Shown: positions 9,434 through 20,521, numbered from the stretch's first letter. The stretch is DNA of 64,000 bases from Desulfatiglandales bacterium (GCA_963662465.1 OY759599.1:3744001-3808000); one strand, 5' to 3'. Made by a program: numbers and translations. The notes: generated by a model from the sequence alone, not told the origin.

Positions 9434-10603
9434 ATGTGGGTAAAACGCCAGCTAAAAAATAGAATTCTTCAAATGACGGCATCCAGGCCCGCCCTGCTGT
9501 TAACCGGGGCCAGACAGACCGGGAAGACATCTTTGCTTCAACGGCTGTTTCCTGACGTGGAATACATTACCTTTGATTATTTGCGGCAGGTGGCGGCCGC
9601 TAAGGAATCTCCGGAACATTTTCTCAGCCAATTTGAGAAGCAGGTGATTCTCGACGAAATTCAATATGTACCCGAATTGTTCCGGGAGCTGAAAATCGTT
9701 ATCGATAAAGAGCGGCGGAATTACGGCAAATGGATCATGACCGGCAGCCAACAGTTCGGACTCATGGAAAATATCAGTGAAAGCCTGGCCGGAAGAATCA
9801 CTATCTGCCACCTTGAAACGCTCAGTGCCGCTGAACTGAGAAATGAAAAAATTGACCCTGTCCATGATTTTTTGTGGAAAGGGGGCTACCCGGAACTCTG
9901 GTCAAATCCATCCCTTGAAATATCGGATTTTTTTGAAAGCTATATTCGAACCTATGTTGAAAGGGATCTGAAAACAATTATCGATGTAAAAAACTTGAGC
10001 GATTTCAGACGGTTTATTAGAATGATCGCTGCCAGGTGCGGTCAGCTTTTAAATTACAGGAGCCTGTCTTTGGATGTGGGGGTATCGGATGTCACCATCA
10101 GAAAATGGACCCACGCGCTGGAAATCAGCGGATTGATATATCTGTTGAATCCATACTACGCAAATATCGGAAAACGGCTCATAAAGTCTCCCAAAATTTA
10201 TTTTGCCGATCATGGACTGCTGTGTTACCTGCTGGGAATCGAAAACAGCGGGGACTGGCACGCCCACCCTCTGAAAGGGAGTTTATGGGAGAACCTGGTC
10301 ATGACGGAGCTGGTCAAGAATCATCATCTGGTCCCGGGAAACAATCTGTTTTTCTACAGGGATCAAAACGGCGTTGAAATCGATTTTGTTATAGAAAAGA
10401 AAGGGAACTTGTTTTTCATCGAAGCCAAGGCAGGGGAACGCATTGATCCCAAAAAGCTTCATTTTCAAAAGGTCGCGGCACTGTTCGGCAATCAATTTCA
10501 TATCGAAAAAGCACTGGCGCAAAATATCAATGAAACAAGCGTCATGCGGCAAAAAAACTATCGGACGTATAACCCATTGTATTCAACGTTAGATTTTCTG
10601 TGA
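9434..10603 (+). CDS. AAA+ ATP-binding protein with DUF4143 domain
   Basis: GARQTGKT, VILDEIQ, TGSQ, ESLAGR, GGYPE, KSPKIYFAD.GL, YRDQNGVEIDFV motifs. Confidence 0.9.
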   Translation: MWVKRQLKNRILQMTASRPALLLTGARQTGKTSLLQRLFPDVEYITFDYLRQVAAAKESPEHFLSQFEKQVILDEIQYVPELFRELKIVIDKERRNYGKWIMTGSQQFGLMENISESLAGRITICHLETLSAAELRNEKIDPVHDFLWKGGYPELWSNPSLEISDFFESYIRTYVERDLKTIIDVKNLSDFRRFIRMIAARCGQLLNYRSLSLDVGVSDVTIRKWTHALEISGLIYLLNPYYANIGKRLIKSPKIYFADHGLLCYLLGIENSGDWHAHPLKGSLWENLVMTELVKNHHLVPGNNLFFYRDQNGVEIDFVIEKKGNLFFIEAKAGERIDPKKLHFQKVAALFGNQFHIEKALAQNINETSVMRQKNYRTYNPLYSTLDFL

Positions 10604-11442
10604 GCAAACCGGGGTTCGAGCAGACGCAAAAGAAGCCGGCCGGCCACCCTGCGGCGGTATTCGGCCCCTGCCCGCAGGTCTGTTATGGGCTTGATCATAC
10701 TGCTCACCAAACAAGCGGCTTCATCCAGCGTTATGCGATCCAAACGATGACCCACAAGGGTCTCTTCCACCCCGGGCACGGTCTGAATTGTGGGACCCAC
10801 ACTGCCCCAGGCCAGACGCGCCGCTCTGATGATCCCCCGACGGTCCAGATGAAGCATGGCAGCCAGGCTGACCAGCGAAATGGCTAGCACGTTTCTTTGT
10901 CCTACTTTTTCATAATATTGCAGGTTGTACCTTTCCGGTTCCTGGATCCAAACCGTCTTGAGTATTTCACCCCGTCTCAGGGTGGTGGCGCCGGGACCTG
11001 TTATGAATTCGGAAAGGGGGATATGGCGGATCGCTTTTTCACTCACCAGTTCCAACCGTGCGCCCAGCGCATACAGGGGCGGCAGCGTGTCTCCCGCGGG
11101 AGAAGCGGTACAGATATTGCCGCCCAGGGTGCCCATGTTGCGAATAGGCGGCGAACCCAGAACCCACAAGGCCTGGGCAAGTACGGGCAGTTTGTCCCTG
11201 ACCAGGGGTTCCGTCAACAGCCGGGCATGGGTGCATCCGGCGCCCAGGCCGATCCTGTCGCCTTTCTGAATCACGCCCTTAAGTTCCGCAACCCTTTCCA
11301 GGCAGATCAGATCAGGCAATCCGCTTTGTCCTTTTTTGGCCGCCAGGACATCCGTCCCCCCGTTATAGATCATGGCGCGGGGCATCTGTTTCAATTGCCT
11401 CCAGACTTCGTCCAGGCTTTGGGGGAGCGCCAGATGATTCAT
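10558..11442 (-). CDS. Xanthine dehydrogenase family FAD-binding subunit
   Basis: GGTDV, IRNMGTLGGNICTASPAGD, DLRAGAEYRR motifs. Confidence 0.92.
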   Translation of the reverse strand: MNHLALPQSLDEVWRQLKQMPRAMIYNGGTDVLAAKKGQSGLPDLICLERVAELKGVIQKGDRIGLGAGCTHARLLTEPLVRDKLPVLAQALWVLGSPPIRNMGTLGGNICTASPAGDTLPPLYALGARLELVSEKAIRHIPLSEFITGPGATTLRRGEILKTVWIQEPERYNLQYYEKVGQRNVLAISLVSLAAMLHLDRRGIIRAARLAWGSVGPTIQTVPGVEETLVGHRLDRITLDEAACLVSSMIKPITDLRAGAEYRRRVAGRLLLRLLEPRFAHRKSNVEYNGLYVR

Positions 11443-11915
11443 TGCTTGCTTTCCCCGTCCGGTTGCAGGGATGCTGAAAGAATGGCATCAACAATCTTTG
11501 TATACCCCGTGCAACGGCATATATTGCCCGAGATGGCCCGTTTAATCTCTTGCTTATTGGGTGAAGGATGTTTTTCCAAAAATGCATGGGCGGCCAGAAT
11601 CATTCCCGGCGTGCAAAATCCGCATTGCACCGCGCCCTTGTCTTCAAAGGCTTTTTGCAGGGGGTGAAGCGTCTTTTCCTGCCCCAGACCTTCTATGGTA
11701 ACCACCCGGCGTCCGTGGAGCTGGCCGGCCAGCATGAGGCAGCTAAGCTTTTGTTCTCCATCGACCAGAATGCTGCATGAACCACATTCGCCGCTTCCAC
11801 AGGATTCTTTCGTACCGGTGCAGCCCAGGTCATACCGGAGCAGATCAATGGCCCGTCTGTCCGGCCGAATGTTCAGGGTCTTTTCATGACCATTTAACGT
11901 AAAGCGTATTTTCAA
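11439..11915 (-). CDS. Xanthine dehydrogenase family (2Fe-2S) subunit
   Basis: GTKESCGSGECGSC, QCGFCTPG, GNICRCTGY motifs. Confidence 0.93.
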   Translation of the reverse strand: MKIRFTLNGHEKTLNIRPDRRAIDLLRYDLGCTGTKESCGSGECGSCSILVDGEQKLSCLMLAGQLHGRRVVTIEGLGQEKTLHPLQKAFEDKGAVQCGFCTPGMILAAHAFLEKHPSPNKQEIKRAISGNICRCTGYTKIVDAILSASLQPDGESKQ

Positions 11916-14215
11916 GGCTCGTCCTTTCCCTGATTTTCCATCAACGCCCCGAGCACGCGTTCAGCGGTCAGCGGCGCCCTGTACACACGCACGCCCAGGG
12001 CATCGGCCACACCGTTGGCCACGGCGGGCAAAGGCCCGCAGATGGGGAGCTCGCCCACGCCTTTCAAACCATAAGGGCCGCTCGATTCATGGGTCTGAAT
12101 TGCAATGGAGATCATCTCCGGCACATCCAAACTGGTGGGCAGGATATAAGTGGCAAAATCCTCTGTCTCAATATGACCGTCACGCACTTTAAAATCTTCT
12201 AGGAGCCCATAACCCAACCCCTGAACAATGCCGCCCTGCACTTGTTGTTCAAAAATATGGGGGTTGATCACTCTTCCGCAGTCTGAGACGGCCAGGTATT
12301 TGGCAACCTGCACCCGGCCCGTGATTTCATCCACCTCCACCAGGGCCATATGCGCGCCGTAGGAAAAGAGCCCATGTCCCATGCCCAAACCCGACATCCT
12401 GAATTGGGCCCTCGATACATCCGGCGCGGTGGGGGCCCTGAAATATCCGGTGGCCGTACGCTCCGACCGGGCCATGTAACCCGCTAAGCGGGTCAAGGGA
12501 ATACGGTTCCCGGTGGGCAGATGGCGGATCGCCCCCGGCAACAAAACAAAATGGGTTAAATGATCATCCGCATTCAGGAAAGCAGCGGCTCGTTCCAGCA
12601 AGGCTTTATTCAGGTTTTCGGCCGCCTTGATCAGTGCATTGCCGAAAATATACGTGGTACGGCTGGCCGAGGCTGAACCGGAGGGAAGGGTTCGACCGGT
12701 ATCGGGCAAAACCAACTCCAGATCAGCTATTCTTTGGTTAAGGCGCTCGCCTGCAATCTGCAGATAGGTGGGGGCATTGCCTTGCCCCATATCCACAATG
12801 CCGGAATAGACCCGGAACCTGCCCTCCCGGGTCAATCTGATTTTGGCGGTGGCATAGTCCGGCACCTGGGGTCCAAAGCCCACGGAATGAAGAATACAGG
12901 CCAGCCCTTTACCCCTTTTTCGAAAAGGCGGCGCTTTTTTTTTCCAGGCTTCAGCCGTCTGCCACAGGGGATGATCCGCCAGTTCTTCAATACACATGCC
13001 GATGCCGGTTGACGTCTGCAGGGTTAGACCCAAACTGTTTTCATCCCCCCGCTCAAGCGCATTCATCCGCCTGAGATACAAAGGATCCATATGAAGGCGG
13101 TGAGCCAGAATATCCATCATCTGCTCCATGGCAAAAGCGGCCTGGGGCACCCCGAATCCTCTGAAAGGGCCCGAAACGGGGTTGTTGGTGTAAACGGTTC
13201 GGGCATGAAGACTCACATTGGGTATGCGATAGGGCCCTCCGGCACTCTCCAGGCATTGACTGAGCACCTCGGCGCCCAGGTTGGCATAGGCCCCGTTGTC
13301 CATATGAATATCGCATTCAAGGGCCAAAAGCCTTCCCTGGTCGTCCGCTCCCAAACGGTATTTCAGCCTTCCGCCAAGGCGCTTGGTACTGGCAGTGAAA
13401 CTCTCCTTGCGATCCCAGATCATCATGACCGGTCGGCCACGGGTATTCAGAGCGGCCAGAGCCAATAGGCACTGAACGGAAGCGCCATCCTTGCCGCCGA
13501 AACCGCCTCCCATGGCGGGCGTTTTGATTCTGATCCGCAGGGGATCAAGACCCAGAGCCTGAGCCACTTCCAGGCGATCCCGAAAGGGCGCCTGGGTGGC
13601 GACGGTCATGACCAACTGACCATCCGGCTCCAGACGGGCAAAACCGGCTTCGGTTTCCAGATAGGCGTGTTCCTGGCAAGGGACCCTGAACTCGCCTGTC
13701 ACCACGGCCTTGCAGTCGACAAAGGCCCTGCTTCCTTTTCCGGTTTCATGATTCAACCCCACCAGCAAATTGCCCCCTTCGTGTTCCGGATGGACCAGAG
13801 GGGCATGGGGTTCAAGTGCATCCAAGGGATCAAAAACGCCCGGCAGTTGATCGATGGTAAAGGAAATATGGTCCAATGCCTCTTTAAGGCCCGACTTGTC
13901 TTTGGCCACCACAAGGGCCACGGGGTCACCTGTGCGATGAATGCGATCCTCAACAAGAACCGGTTGATCTTTGTGTGTGATTCCCTGCCGATTGCTTCCC
14001 GGTACATCCTGGGCCGTCAAAACAGCGACTGTTCCCAAAAGGGCTTTGGCGGTTTTGGTCTCAACTGAAAGCAGCCTGGCGCAAGGCACATGGGCCCGCT
14101 TTACGCCGGCCCAGAGCATGTCGGATTGAAACAGATCGGCCGTGTATTTTTCTTGTCCCCGAACTTTTTGATGGGCATCGACGCGTATCAGGGATTGACC
14201 TATTTCTATTGCCAT
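11912..14215 (-). CDS. Xanthine dehydrogenase family molybdopterin-binding subunit
   Basis: GGGFGGK, FRGFG.PQ, DMGQG, ASRTT, GLKGVGE motifs. The start is placed at MAIEIGQ..RVDA..KV.G, the typical N-terminus, not at the ORF-track start 14368. Confidence 0.9.
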   Translation of the reverse strand: MAIEIGQSLIRVDAHQKVRGQEKYTADLFQSDMLWAGVKRAHVPCARLLSVETKTAKALLGTVAVLTAQDVPGSNRQGITHKDQPVLVEDRIHRTGDPVALVVAKDKSGLKEALDHISFTIDQLPGVFDPLDALEPHAPLVHPEHEGGNLLVGLNHETGKGSRAFVDCKAVVTGEFRVPCQEHAYLETEAGFARLEPDGQLVMTVATQAPFRDRLEVAQALGLDPLRIRIKTPAMGGGFGGKDGASVQCLLALAALNTRGRPVMMIWDRKESFTASTKRLGGRLKYRLGADDQGRLLALECDIHMDNGAYANLGAEVLSQCLESAGGPYRIPNVSLHARTVYTNNPVSGPFRGFGVPQAAFAMEQMMDILAHRLHMDPLYLRRMNALERGDENSLGLTLQTSTGIGMCIEELADHPLWQTAEAWKKKAPPFRKRGKGLACILHSVGFGPQVPDYATAKIRLTREGRFRVYSGIVDMGQGNAPTYLQIAGERLNQRIADLELVLPDTGRTLPSGSASASRTTYIFGNALIKAAENLNKALLERAAAFLNADDHLTHFVLLPGAIRHLPTGNRIPLTRLAGYMARSERTATGYFRAPTAPDVSRAQFRMSGLGMGHGLFSYGAHMALVEVDEITGRVQVAKYLAVSDCGRVINPHIFEQQVQGGIVQGLGYGLLEDFKVRDGHIETEDFATYILPTSLDVPEMISIAIQTHESSGPYGLKGVGELPICGPLPAVANGVADALGVRVYRAPLTAERVLGALMENQGKDEP

Positions 14216-14360
14216 GAAAACATTCGAACCCCTTAGGGAGTTGATAATTGATGAGGTAATAAGGCATTGCTTTTTCCAGCGATGAGAATAGAAAAAAATC
14301 GTTTTGTGGGTCAAGAGAAAAGGAACCGACACATGTAATGGATATTCTTCATAGCTCCCA

Positions 14361-14520
14361 TTAGGCAACCGTTAAGGCTAATTCCCCCGTTTTAAAGCAT
14401 AGATTTCCATTTATTACAGCTTTTACAATCTTCTTAAAATTGTGAACCGCGCAAGCCAACGAATATTCATTTTCCATTTGCCTTTGCATGCCCCAGCAAA
14501 TTGAAATCTCTAAATCCGCT
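14361..14520 (-). pseudogene. C-terminal fragment of an IS1182-like transposase
   Basis: GMQRQMENEYSLACAVHNFKKIV resembles the IS1182 C-terminal 'E..L.C.A.N.KK' helix. No catalytic core is present. Confidence 0.45.
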
Positions 14521-14592
14521 ATCCTCGATTTGACCAAAACATTCAGCAATTTAAAATAATTGTGATCAATATAGGCTTGAAAGATTGGCTGA

Positions 14593-14907
14593 TTATGAAT
14601 TAATTGTCCAATGGTATTCAGATTTTTCTTCTTCATTCACTGCATCAATGGATGGTTGAATTTTTGATAATGCCTTGAAAAGTACGACATCCTTCATGTT
14701 ACGATGTATTTTCGCAATGGACGCATTCGATTGAAGGGCAGCATTTGATACGACCAACGGATGATTATAGATTGTGCTGGTCAGGTGGGTGAGGGTACGG
14801 ATTTCATATAGGGTAAACAGACCAAAAACTAAGAATATGGTAATCAATGCAGCAAAACTCAATACCAATCTTCGCGTAACGCTTACTTGTTTTGGTTTCC
14901 CCATCAT
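14593..14907 (-). pseudogene. Truncated sensor (TM plus four-helix-bundle start) of a kinase or chemoreceptor
   Basis: RRLVLSF..TM..LT..IYNHPLVVSNA..KIHRNMKDVVL, ending abruptly. Confidence 0.55.
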
Positions 14908-15215
14908 ATGTCTCCATTATAAATCATTTTCAACAAGAATAAGGAAACAGGAACCTTGTATTTACTTGAGTTTTCGAAAAATAATTCTTTCCAAATCGCC
15001 AACGTTGGCATAAAACATACTGAGACAGTAATTTACAACAAAAATCAATGGCTTACGATTTTTCAATTCGATGATCTAAATTCTTCTTGTGATTTTCACA
15101 CTGGTGTTTTTTATTTTCGAAAACACGAAAAATTCGATCTGCATGCTAAGTGTTTAACAATAAAAATTTTTTACCTGCGTCAACTATCTGAAATGACAAA
15201 GCGAATAAAGTTTCT

Positions 15216-15231
15216 AGCAATTTTTATGCCA
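15216..15231 (-). promoter_or_regulatory. sigma54 (-24/-12) promoter
   Basis: TGGCATAAAAATTGCT (GG-N10-GC) facing the truncated sensor gene. Confidence 0.6.
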
Positions 15232-15297
15232 ATTATCTAAGTTTTGCGCAAACCAATTTTCGAAAACTCAAGAACTTAAAACCTAAAACTTAAAACC

Positions 15298-15326
15298 GTG
15301 CCTGAACGGGGTTTTCGTTCAGGCAC
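15298..15326 (-). terminator. Hairpin at the end of hemC
   Basis: Perfect 11-bp stem GTGCCTGAACG/CGTTCAGGCAC followed by GGTTTT. Confidence 0.5.
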
Positions 15327-16245
15327 TATACAAACGTTTCAGAACATCGCCCGCGCCCGTGGACAGGAGTTTTTGGGCCAGGCGTATTCCCATTTCTTCG
15401 GCCTGGTCCCGCTTGCCGGTCACGGTTTCCTTGAAAATTTTTGACCCGTCCAGCTCCGCCACCAGACCTTCAATGAAAAGGGCATCCCCTTTGATTCGAG
15501 CGAAACCGGCGATGGGCGCCTGACACCCGCCTTCAAGGGTTTTCAGAAAAGCCCTTTCAGCGATAACCTCGGTTTGAGTATCCGCATGGTTTAAAAAATC
15601 GAGCAGACCTATGGTCTTCCGATCCTCTCGCCTCACTTCAAGCCCCAGCGCCCCCTGACCGACGGCCGGCAGTACCTGGTGAAAGGGGATGGCCTGGGTG
15701 ATTAGATGGGAAAGTCCTAGACGGTTGAGACCGGCAGTTGCCAGTATGATGGACTGGATATCCCCTGATTGCAGTTTGTTAAGCCGCGTATCCACATTCC
15801 CTCGCAAGGATACCAGCGTCAGATCCGGGCGAAAATGAAGCAACTGCGCTCCTCTTCTGAGGCTGCTGGTCCCCACACGAGCGCCTTCCGGCAATTGATC
15901 CAGCGGTTTTTGTCCTTGGGAAATCAGCGCATCCGATGGGTCTTCCCGCAGGGGAAATGTGGAAAGCACCAGACGCTCCGGTAATTGCGCGGGTACGTCT
16001 TTCATGCTGTGAACCGCCACATCGACTGTTTTTTCCAGGAGCGCCTCTTCAATCTCTTTGACGAAGAGGCCTTTGCCGCCGACTTTGCTCAGCGGGACAT
16101 CAAGGATCTTATCCCCCGTTGTTTTAATCTTTACCAGATCAACGCGGATGCCGGAATGCCGCCTCTCCAATTGTTCCTTGATCCATTCACTTTGTACAAG
16201 GGCCAGTTTGCTGCCCCGTGTGCCGATTCTGATGTCCACGGTCAT
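15319..16245 (-). CDS. hemC: Hydroxymethylbilane synthase
   Basis: IGTRGSKLA, GGKGLFVKE, VHSMKD, GTSSLRR, LEGGC motifs. Confidence 0.97.
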   Translation of the reverse strand: MTVDIRIGTRGSKLALVQSEWIKEQLERRHSGIRVDLVKIKTTGDKILDVPLSKVGGKGLFVKEIEEALLEKTVDVAVHSMKDVPAQLPERLVLSTFPLREDPSDALISQGQKPLDQLPEGARVGTSSLRRGAQLLHFRPDLTLVSLRGNVDTRLNKLQSGDIQSIILATAGLNRLGLSHLITQAIPFHQVLPAVGQGALGLEVRREDRKTIGLLDFLNHADTQTEVIAERAFLKTLEGGCQAPIAGFARIKGDALFIEGLVAELDGSKIFKETVTGKRDQAEEMGIRLAQKLLSTGAGDVLKRLYSA

Positions 16246-16946
16246 TTCACCAAAGGATGTTTTAATTTTAACAGAAATTGGGCCAGCGCCAGGTCATGGG
16301 GAGTGGTCACCTTGATGTTATCTTCCGACCCTTTCACCACCCTGACCGGTATGCCCAGTTTTTCGATGAGATGGGCGTCATCGGTGGCGTCCGTCAACCC
16401 TTGAGCCAGGGCTTCCCGGTGAGCTTTAAGGATATCTTCATAATAGAAGGCCTGAGGCGTTTGAACCATCCATACCTTTGTTCTGTCATAGGTGGTGGTC
16501 ACCTGGCGGTAGTTCACTTCCTTGACGGTTTCCTTGGCGGGAAGGGCGGCGATGGCGGCGCGGTGTTTGATGGCGGTTTGGATAACCATTTCCACCAGGT
16601 CCGGTTCGATTATGGGACGAACCCCATCGTGAATCAGAACGAGATCATGCCCGCCGTTTACGGCTTCGAGACCCAAGCGAACCGAGTCCTGCCTCAGTTT
16701 GCCCCCGGGCACCACTTTCACGACTTTAAAAATGCCGAATTTTTCGACAATCTCTTTTCGGCAGTAATCCACATCTTTTAAGGGGACAACCAAAATAATG
16801 GCATCCACCATTGTGCAGTTCTGCAGTGCGCCAAGGGTTACCGCCAGAATGGGCCGGTCTTCCAGATGAAGGAATTGCTTGGCGCGATTTCCGCCCATTC
16901 GAACGCCTGCGCCTGCCGCCGGAACGATTGCCACGGTTTTAGACAA
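16242..16946 (-). CDS. ispD: 2-C-methyl-D-erythritol 4-phosphate cytidylyltransferase
   Basis: PAAGAGVRMG, RQDSV, IHDGVRP, QTPQAF, TDDA, NIKVTTP motifs. Confidence 0.96.
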   Translation of the reverse strand: MSKTVAIVPAAGAGVRMGGNRAKQFLHLEDRPILAVTLGALQNCTMVDAIILVVPLKDVDYCRKEIVEKFGIFKVVKVVPGGKLRQDSVRLGLEAVNGGHDLVLIHDGVRPIIEPDLVEMVIQTAIKHRAAIAALPAKETVKEVNYRQVTTTYDRTKVWMVQTPQAFYYEDILKAHREALAQGLTDATDDAHLIEKLGIPVRVVKGSEDNIKVTTPHDLALAQFLLKLKHPLVK

Positions 16947-17022
16947 TGTTTTACCATGAAAATACAGCCGTTAGCAGTTAGCTATTAGCCGTTAGCTTAA
17001 AAGCGGTAGATATTATTTTCAT
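16947..17022. repeat. Dispersed ~70-bp MITE-like repeat, copy 1
   Basis: Nearly identical to 60009-60077. ATGAAAATA..TATTTTCAT inverted ends enclose TTAGCNN heptamers. Confidence 0.75.
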
Positions 17023-17125
17023 CCGCGGGGGTGGCAAATCCTCTTGTCATGAGGGTTTACCTCGAAACAACAAAAGCAGGCAGAAGACCCGAAAACCCCC
17101 GATACCTGCTTATTGAAGCTGAACA

Positions 17126-17503
17126 TCAGGCGATGGCGGCCTTTCGGGTCAATTTTTTCAGTCGATTGATCCTGCGACGCAAAATGTTGACCGCTTTGGG
17201 GTCGCCTGCTCCCCGGACCTCTCCTTTTTTTCCTTTCAGGTTGATGATCTTGCCTTTCAGCTCTTTAAGGCTCAACTTAGGCTTGGTTATTTTCACTTTT
17301 CTCTTTGGTTCAACCACCTCTTCTTCAATGCCGTAGTATTCTCTGATGCTGGAAAGCAGATCGGCTTTCTCCATGGCGGTCACCCCGACGGCGCCGGGAA
17401 TTTCCATGGCCACTTCCTTTAATTCCACTACCGTCATTTTGTTCAGGGGTTTCTTGAATTCGGGTACTGCTGGTTTGGTTTCTTCTTTAATCTCTTCTGC
17501 CAT
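17126..17503 (-). CDS. Basic hypothetical protein with Rho N-terminal-like helical domain
   Basis: LNKMTVVELKEVA..I.G..AMEKADL resembles the Rho_N helix bundle; the C-terminus is Lys/Arg-rich. Confidence 0.65.
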   Translation of the reverse strand: MAEEIKEETKPAVPEFKKPLNKMTVVELKEVAMEIPGAVGVTAMEKADLLSSIREYYGIEEEVVEPKRKVKITKPKLSLKELKGKIINLKGKKGEVRGAGDPKAVNILRRRINRLKKLTRKAAIA

Positions 17504-17614
17504 TTTCTTTGTTCTCCTGGTTTATATGATCTGGTGAGCCATTTTTTTTACCTGAATGAAGTATCCTTAATATCACAAACGGTCTGAAAAATGCAATAGG
17601 CCACCGCTTTTTTC

Positions 17615-18352
17615 CTACCCTTTCTTGAGAAACGGCGCCAAAAGATCGATGGGGAGAGGGAAAAAGGTAGTGGAATTCCCTTCAGACGACATTTCTCTCA
17701 TGGTTTGCAGGTACCTCAACTGAAGGGCTTCAGGGTGTTTCTGAATAATAGCCGCGGCATCCGCCAGCTTGTTGGCGGCCTGGTATTCCCCTTCCGCGTT
17801 GATAATCTTGGCCCGTCGTTCACGCTCCGCTTCCGCCTGTCTGGCCATGGCCCGCTGCATTTCCTGCGGAAGATCAATGTGTTTGACCTCCACGGTGGAC
17901 ACCTTGATGCCCCAGGGATCCGTGTGTTTATCCAGAATATTCTGAAGGCGGGTGTTGATTTTGTCCCGTTCCGCCAGGAGTTCATCCAATTCCACCTGGC
18001 CGCATACGCTTCTTAAAGTGGTTTGCGCCAGTTGGGACGTGGCGAAGAGATAGTTTTCCACTTCAACGGTGGCGTTGTTGGGATCCATGACCCGGAAGTA
18101 GATCACGGCATTGACTTTGACGGAGACATTGTCCCGGGTGATGACGTCCTGGCTCGGCACGTCCATGGCCACGAGCCTTAAACTGACCTTGACCATCTTA
18201 TCGATAACGGGAATCAGGATAATAAGGCCGGGGCCTTTGGTTTTAATCAAGCGACCGAGCCGAAAAATTACGCCGCGTTCATATTCCTTTAAAATCCTGA
18301 TGGCGGATGCCAGAAAGAATCCAATAAAGACCACTGCCACAATATAGAACAT
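17615..18352 (-). CDS. Stomatin/slipin (SPFH) protein
   Basis: [44 protein letters not shown] motifs. Confidence 0.95.
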   Translation of the reverse strand: MFYIVAVVFIGFFLASAIRILKEYERGVIFRLGRLIKTKGPGLIILIPVIDKMVKVSLRLVAMDVPSQDVITRDNVSVKVNAVIYFRVMDPNNATVEVENYLFATSQLAQTTLRSVCGQVELDELLAERDKINTRLQNILDKHTDPWGIKVSTVEVKHIDLPQEMQRAMARQAEAERERRAKIINAEGEYQAANKLADAAAIIQKHPEALQLRYLQTMREMSSEGNSTTFFPLPIDLLAPFLKKG

Positions 18353-18371
18353 GATTTTCCTCCTAAAAAGG

Positions 18372-19679
18372 TTAAGGGTTCCGGTTCGGGGCTTTTCTCA
18401 CCTTTAGGAGCAGACCCTCTATGCCGACCACTTCCACTCTCTCTTCAGGTTCAAATTTTTCATTGGAAAAGGCGCGCCAGTATTCGCCATGCACAAAAAT
18501 CAGCCCTTCGGGTGCGATCGCTTCCCTGACCACGCCGATTTCCCCCATGAGACCATCCACCCCTCCCATGGGCTTTCCGCGAAGGGCTCGAAAGGCAATG
18601 CCCGCCACTATGACAAAAAAACCACCCACCAAGAGAATTGTCGGCATCATGAGTTTAAGGGAAACCCGCATGTCTCTAAAGAGCATCAGGGACCCCAGGG
18701 TCAGGGAGATCAGGCCCCCGATAGATAGAATACCATAACTTGCCACTTTGACTTCGGCAATGAAAAAGATGATGGCCAGAAAAATCAGCACAACCCCCGC
18801 ATAGTTCACGGGAAGGGTTTGGAAAGAGAAGAAGGCCAGGATCAAGGATATGGCGCCGACGACCCCCGGAAAGATCGCCCCCGGATGGGACAGTTCAAAA
18901 TAGAGTCCGGCCAGGCCGATCATCATGAAAATGTAGGCAATATTGGGGTCGCTGATGATTTTGAGTATTTTGTCCCGAAGGTCCGGCTTGTAATGGACTT
19001 TTTTGAGGTTTGCGGTTTTGAGGGTGATTTTTCCGAAAGGCATGTCAATGACCCGGCCATCAAGAGATTTCAGAAGATCGTCAATGTTTTCCACCACCAG
19101 ATCCACCACTTTTTTCTCAAGGGCTTCCTCGGCGGTAATAGATACGCTTTCTCGGATGGCTTTTTCCACCCACTGGCCGTTTCTTCCCTTTTGCTCCGCG
19201 ATCCCCCGTGAGTAGGAGGCCATGTCGTTGACCACCTTTTCGTTCATGGTTCCCCCGATGTCCTTGCCGTCGGCATTCACCGGGTGTGCGGCGCCGATGT
19301 TGGTGCCTTTGGCCATGGCGGCCACATGCCCCGCCACGGTCACCATCACGCCGGCGGACGCTGCCCCGGCCCCGCGTGGTCCCACATAAACTACCACGGG
19401 CACGGGTGAGTTCAATATGGCTTTGACCATGGTTCTCATGGAGGAGGCCAGTCCGCCCGGGGTGTCCAGCCGGATGACGGCGAGAGACGCCCCCATATTA
19501 ACGGCATTTTCCAGGCCCCTGACCACATAGTTGGCGGTTCCGGGATTAATGGGGCCTTCCAGTTCTATGATAAGAATCTCCGTTGGAGCTGAATCGGCGG
19601 GTGTCGGCAAGAGAAGTAAAGGGACTGAAAAACAGAAAAATGAGAACAGGCAAAGCATTGATTTGGATAGCCTAGCCAT
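18372..19679 (-). CDS. nfeD: NfeD-family membrane serine protease
   Basis: LDTPGG, AASAG, NIGAAHP, TM bundle and C-terminal OB fold (VHGEYWRA); paired with stomatin. Confidence 0.93.
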   Translation of the reverse strand: MARLSKSMLCLFSFFCFSVPLLLLPTPADSAPTEILIIELEGPINPGTANYVVRGLENAVNMGASLAVIRLDTPGGLASSMRTMVKAILNSPVPVVVYVGPRGAGAASAGVMVTVAGHVAAMAKGTNIGAAHPVNADGKDIGGTMNEKVVNDMASYSRGIAEQKGRNGQWVEKAIRESVSITAEEALEKKVVDLVVENIDDLLKSLDGRVIDMPFGKITLKTANLKKVHYKPDLRDKILKIISDPNIAYIFMMIGLAGLYFELSHPGAIFPGVVGAISLILAFFSFQTLPVNYAGVVLIFLAIIFFIAEVKVASYGILSIGGLISLTLGSLMLFRDMRVSLKLMMPTILLVGGFFVIVAGIAFRALRGKPMGGVDGLMGEIGVVREAIAPEGLIFVHGEYWRAFSNEKFEPEERVEVVGIEGLLLKVRKAPNRNP

Positions 19680-20451
19680 TGCGACTTACCTCCAGCCCCA
19701 GTTTTTGCATGATCTTTTGAACATCTTCCCAGACCGGGCGTTTTGCCGAGGCGTTTCTCAGCAGATAGGCTGGATGAAAAGTGGGCATGAGGGGAATGCC
19801 TTCGTAGGTCTGCCATTTCCCCCTTCCCTTGGTGATTTTAAAATCGGTTCCAAAAAGGGCCTGACAGGCCACCCGGCCCAGGCAGCAGATGACCCGGGGC
19901 TTTATGATATCGAGCTGGCTTTTCAGGAAGGGGAGGCATATTTTGATTTCATCGGGATTCGGGTCTCGATTGCCGGGAGGGCGACACTTGACCACGTTGC
20001 AAATATAAACCGCATCCCGGGTAAGCCCCATGCCATTCTCGATAATTCGGGTCAGCAGTTTCCCTGATTTCCCCACAAATGGTCTTCCCTCGCGATCTTC
20101 ATCGAACCCCGGTCCTTCGCCGACAAAGACAAGTTTTGCGTTGGGATCGCCTTCTCCGAAAACCAGGTGGTTCCGATCCTTGTGGAGATCGCATCGTCGG
20201 CAGTCGCCTATATGGGTTCTGAGGGTTTCCAATGATTCGAAACGAGGCGGAAACAGCTTCTTTTCAGGGACTTCCAGGGGTGCTTCTCTTTTGGGCTTTG
20301 GATGTGCCGAGGGTGGGGAGGGGCTTTCCCTGTCGGGGAAGTCAAGGGCGTTCTTTGGCAGCATGGGCGGTTCCAGCCCCATTTCCTGGTAGGCCGTCAT
20401 CAACTGCCTTGTTTGAAAAAAGATCTCTTTAAGTTCCTTTAAATCGTTCAA
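19672..20451 (-). CDS. Uracil-DNA glycosylase, family 4
   Basis: CRRCDL, GEGPG, GRPFVG, NVVKCRPP, TFHPAYLLR motifs. Confidence 0.95.
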   Translation of the reverse strand: MNDLKELKEIFFQTRQLMTAYQEMGLEPPMLPKNALDFPDRESPSPPSAHPKPKREAPLEVPEKKLFPPRFESLETLRTHIGDCRRCDLHKDRNHLVFGEGDPNAKLVFVGEGPGFDEDREGRPFVGKSGKLLTRIIENGMGLTRDAVYICNVVKCRPPGNRDPNPDEIKICLPFLKSQLDIIKPRVICCLGRVACQALFGTDFKITKGRGKWQTYEGIPLMPTFHPAYLLRNASAKRPVWEDVQKIMQKLGLEVSRNG

Positions 20452-20521
20452 GACCGTTCATCCTTTTTCTCTTAGTGAAAAGTGAAAAGTAGGCCGCCAT
20501 TCACTCTTCACTCTTCACTCT

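Noticed and set aside
14216..14368. ORF-track N-terminal extensions (also 30958-31107, 32774-32983, 39144-39218, 52123-52182)
   Set aside because: They overlap upstream genes, promoters or terminators; downstream starts fit RBS position or family N-termini better.
15005..15021. sigma54 promoter TTGGCATAAAACATACT on the + strand
   Set aside because: It lacks the -12 GC and has no downstream gene.
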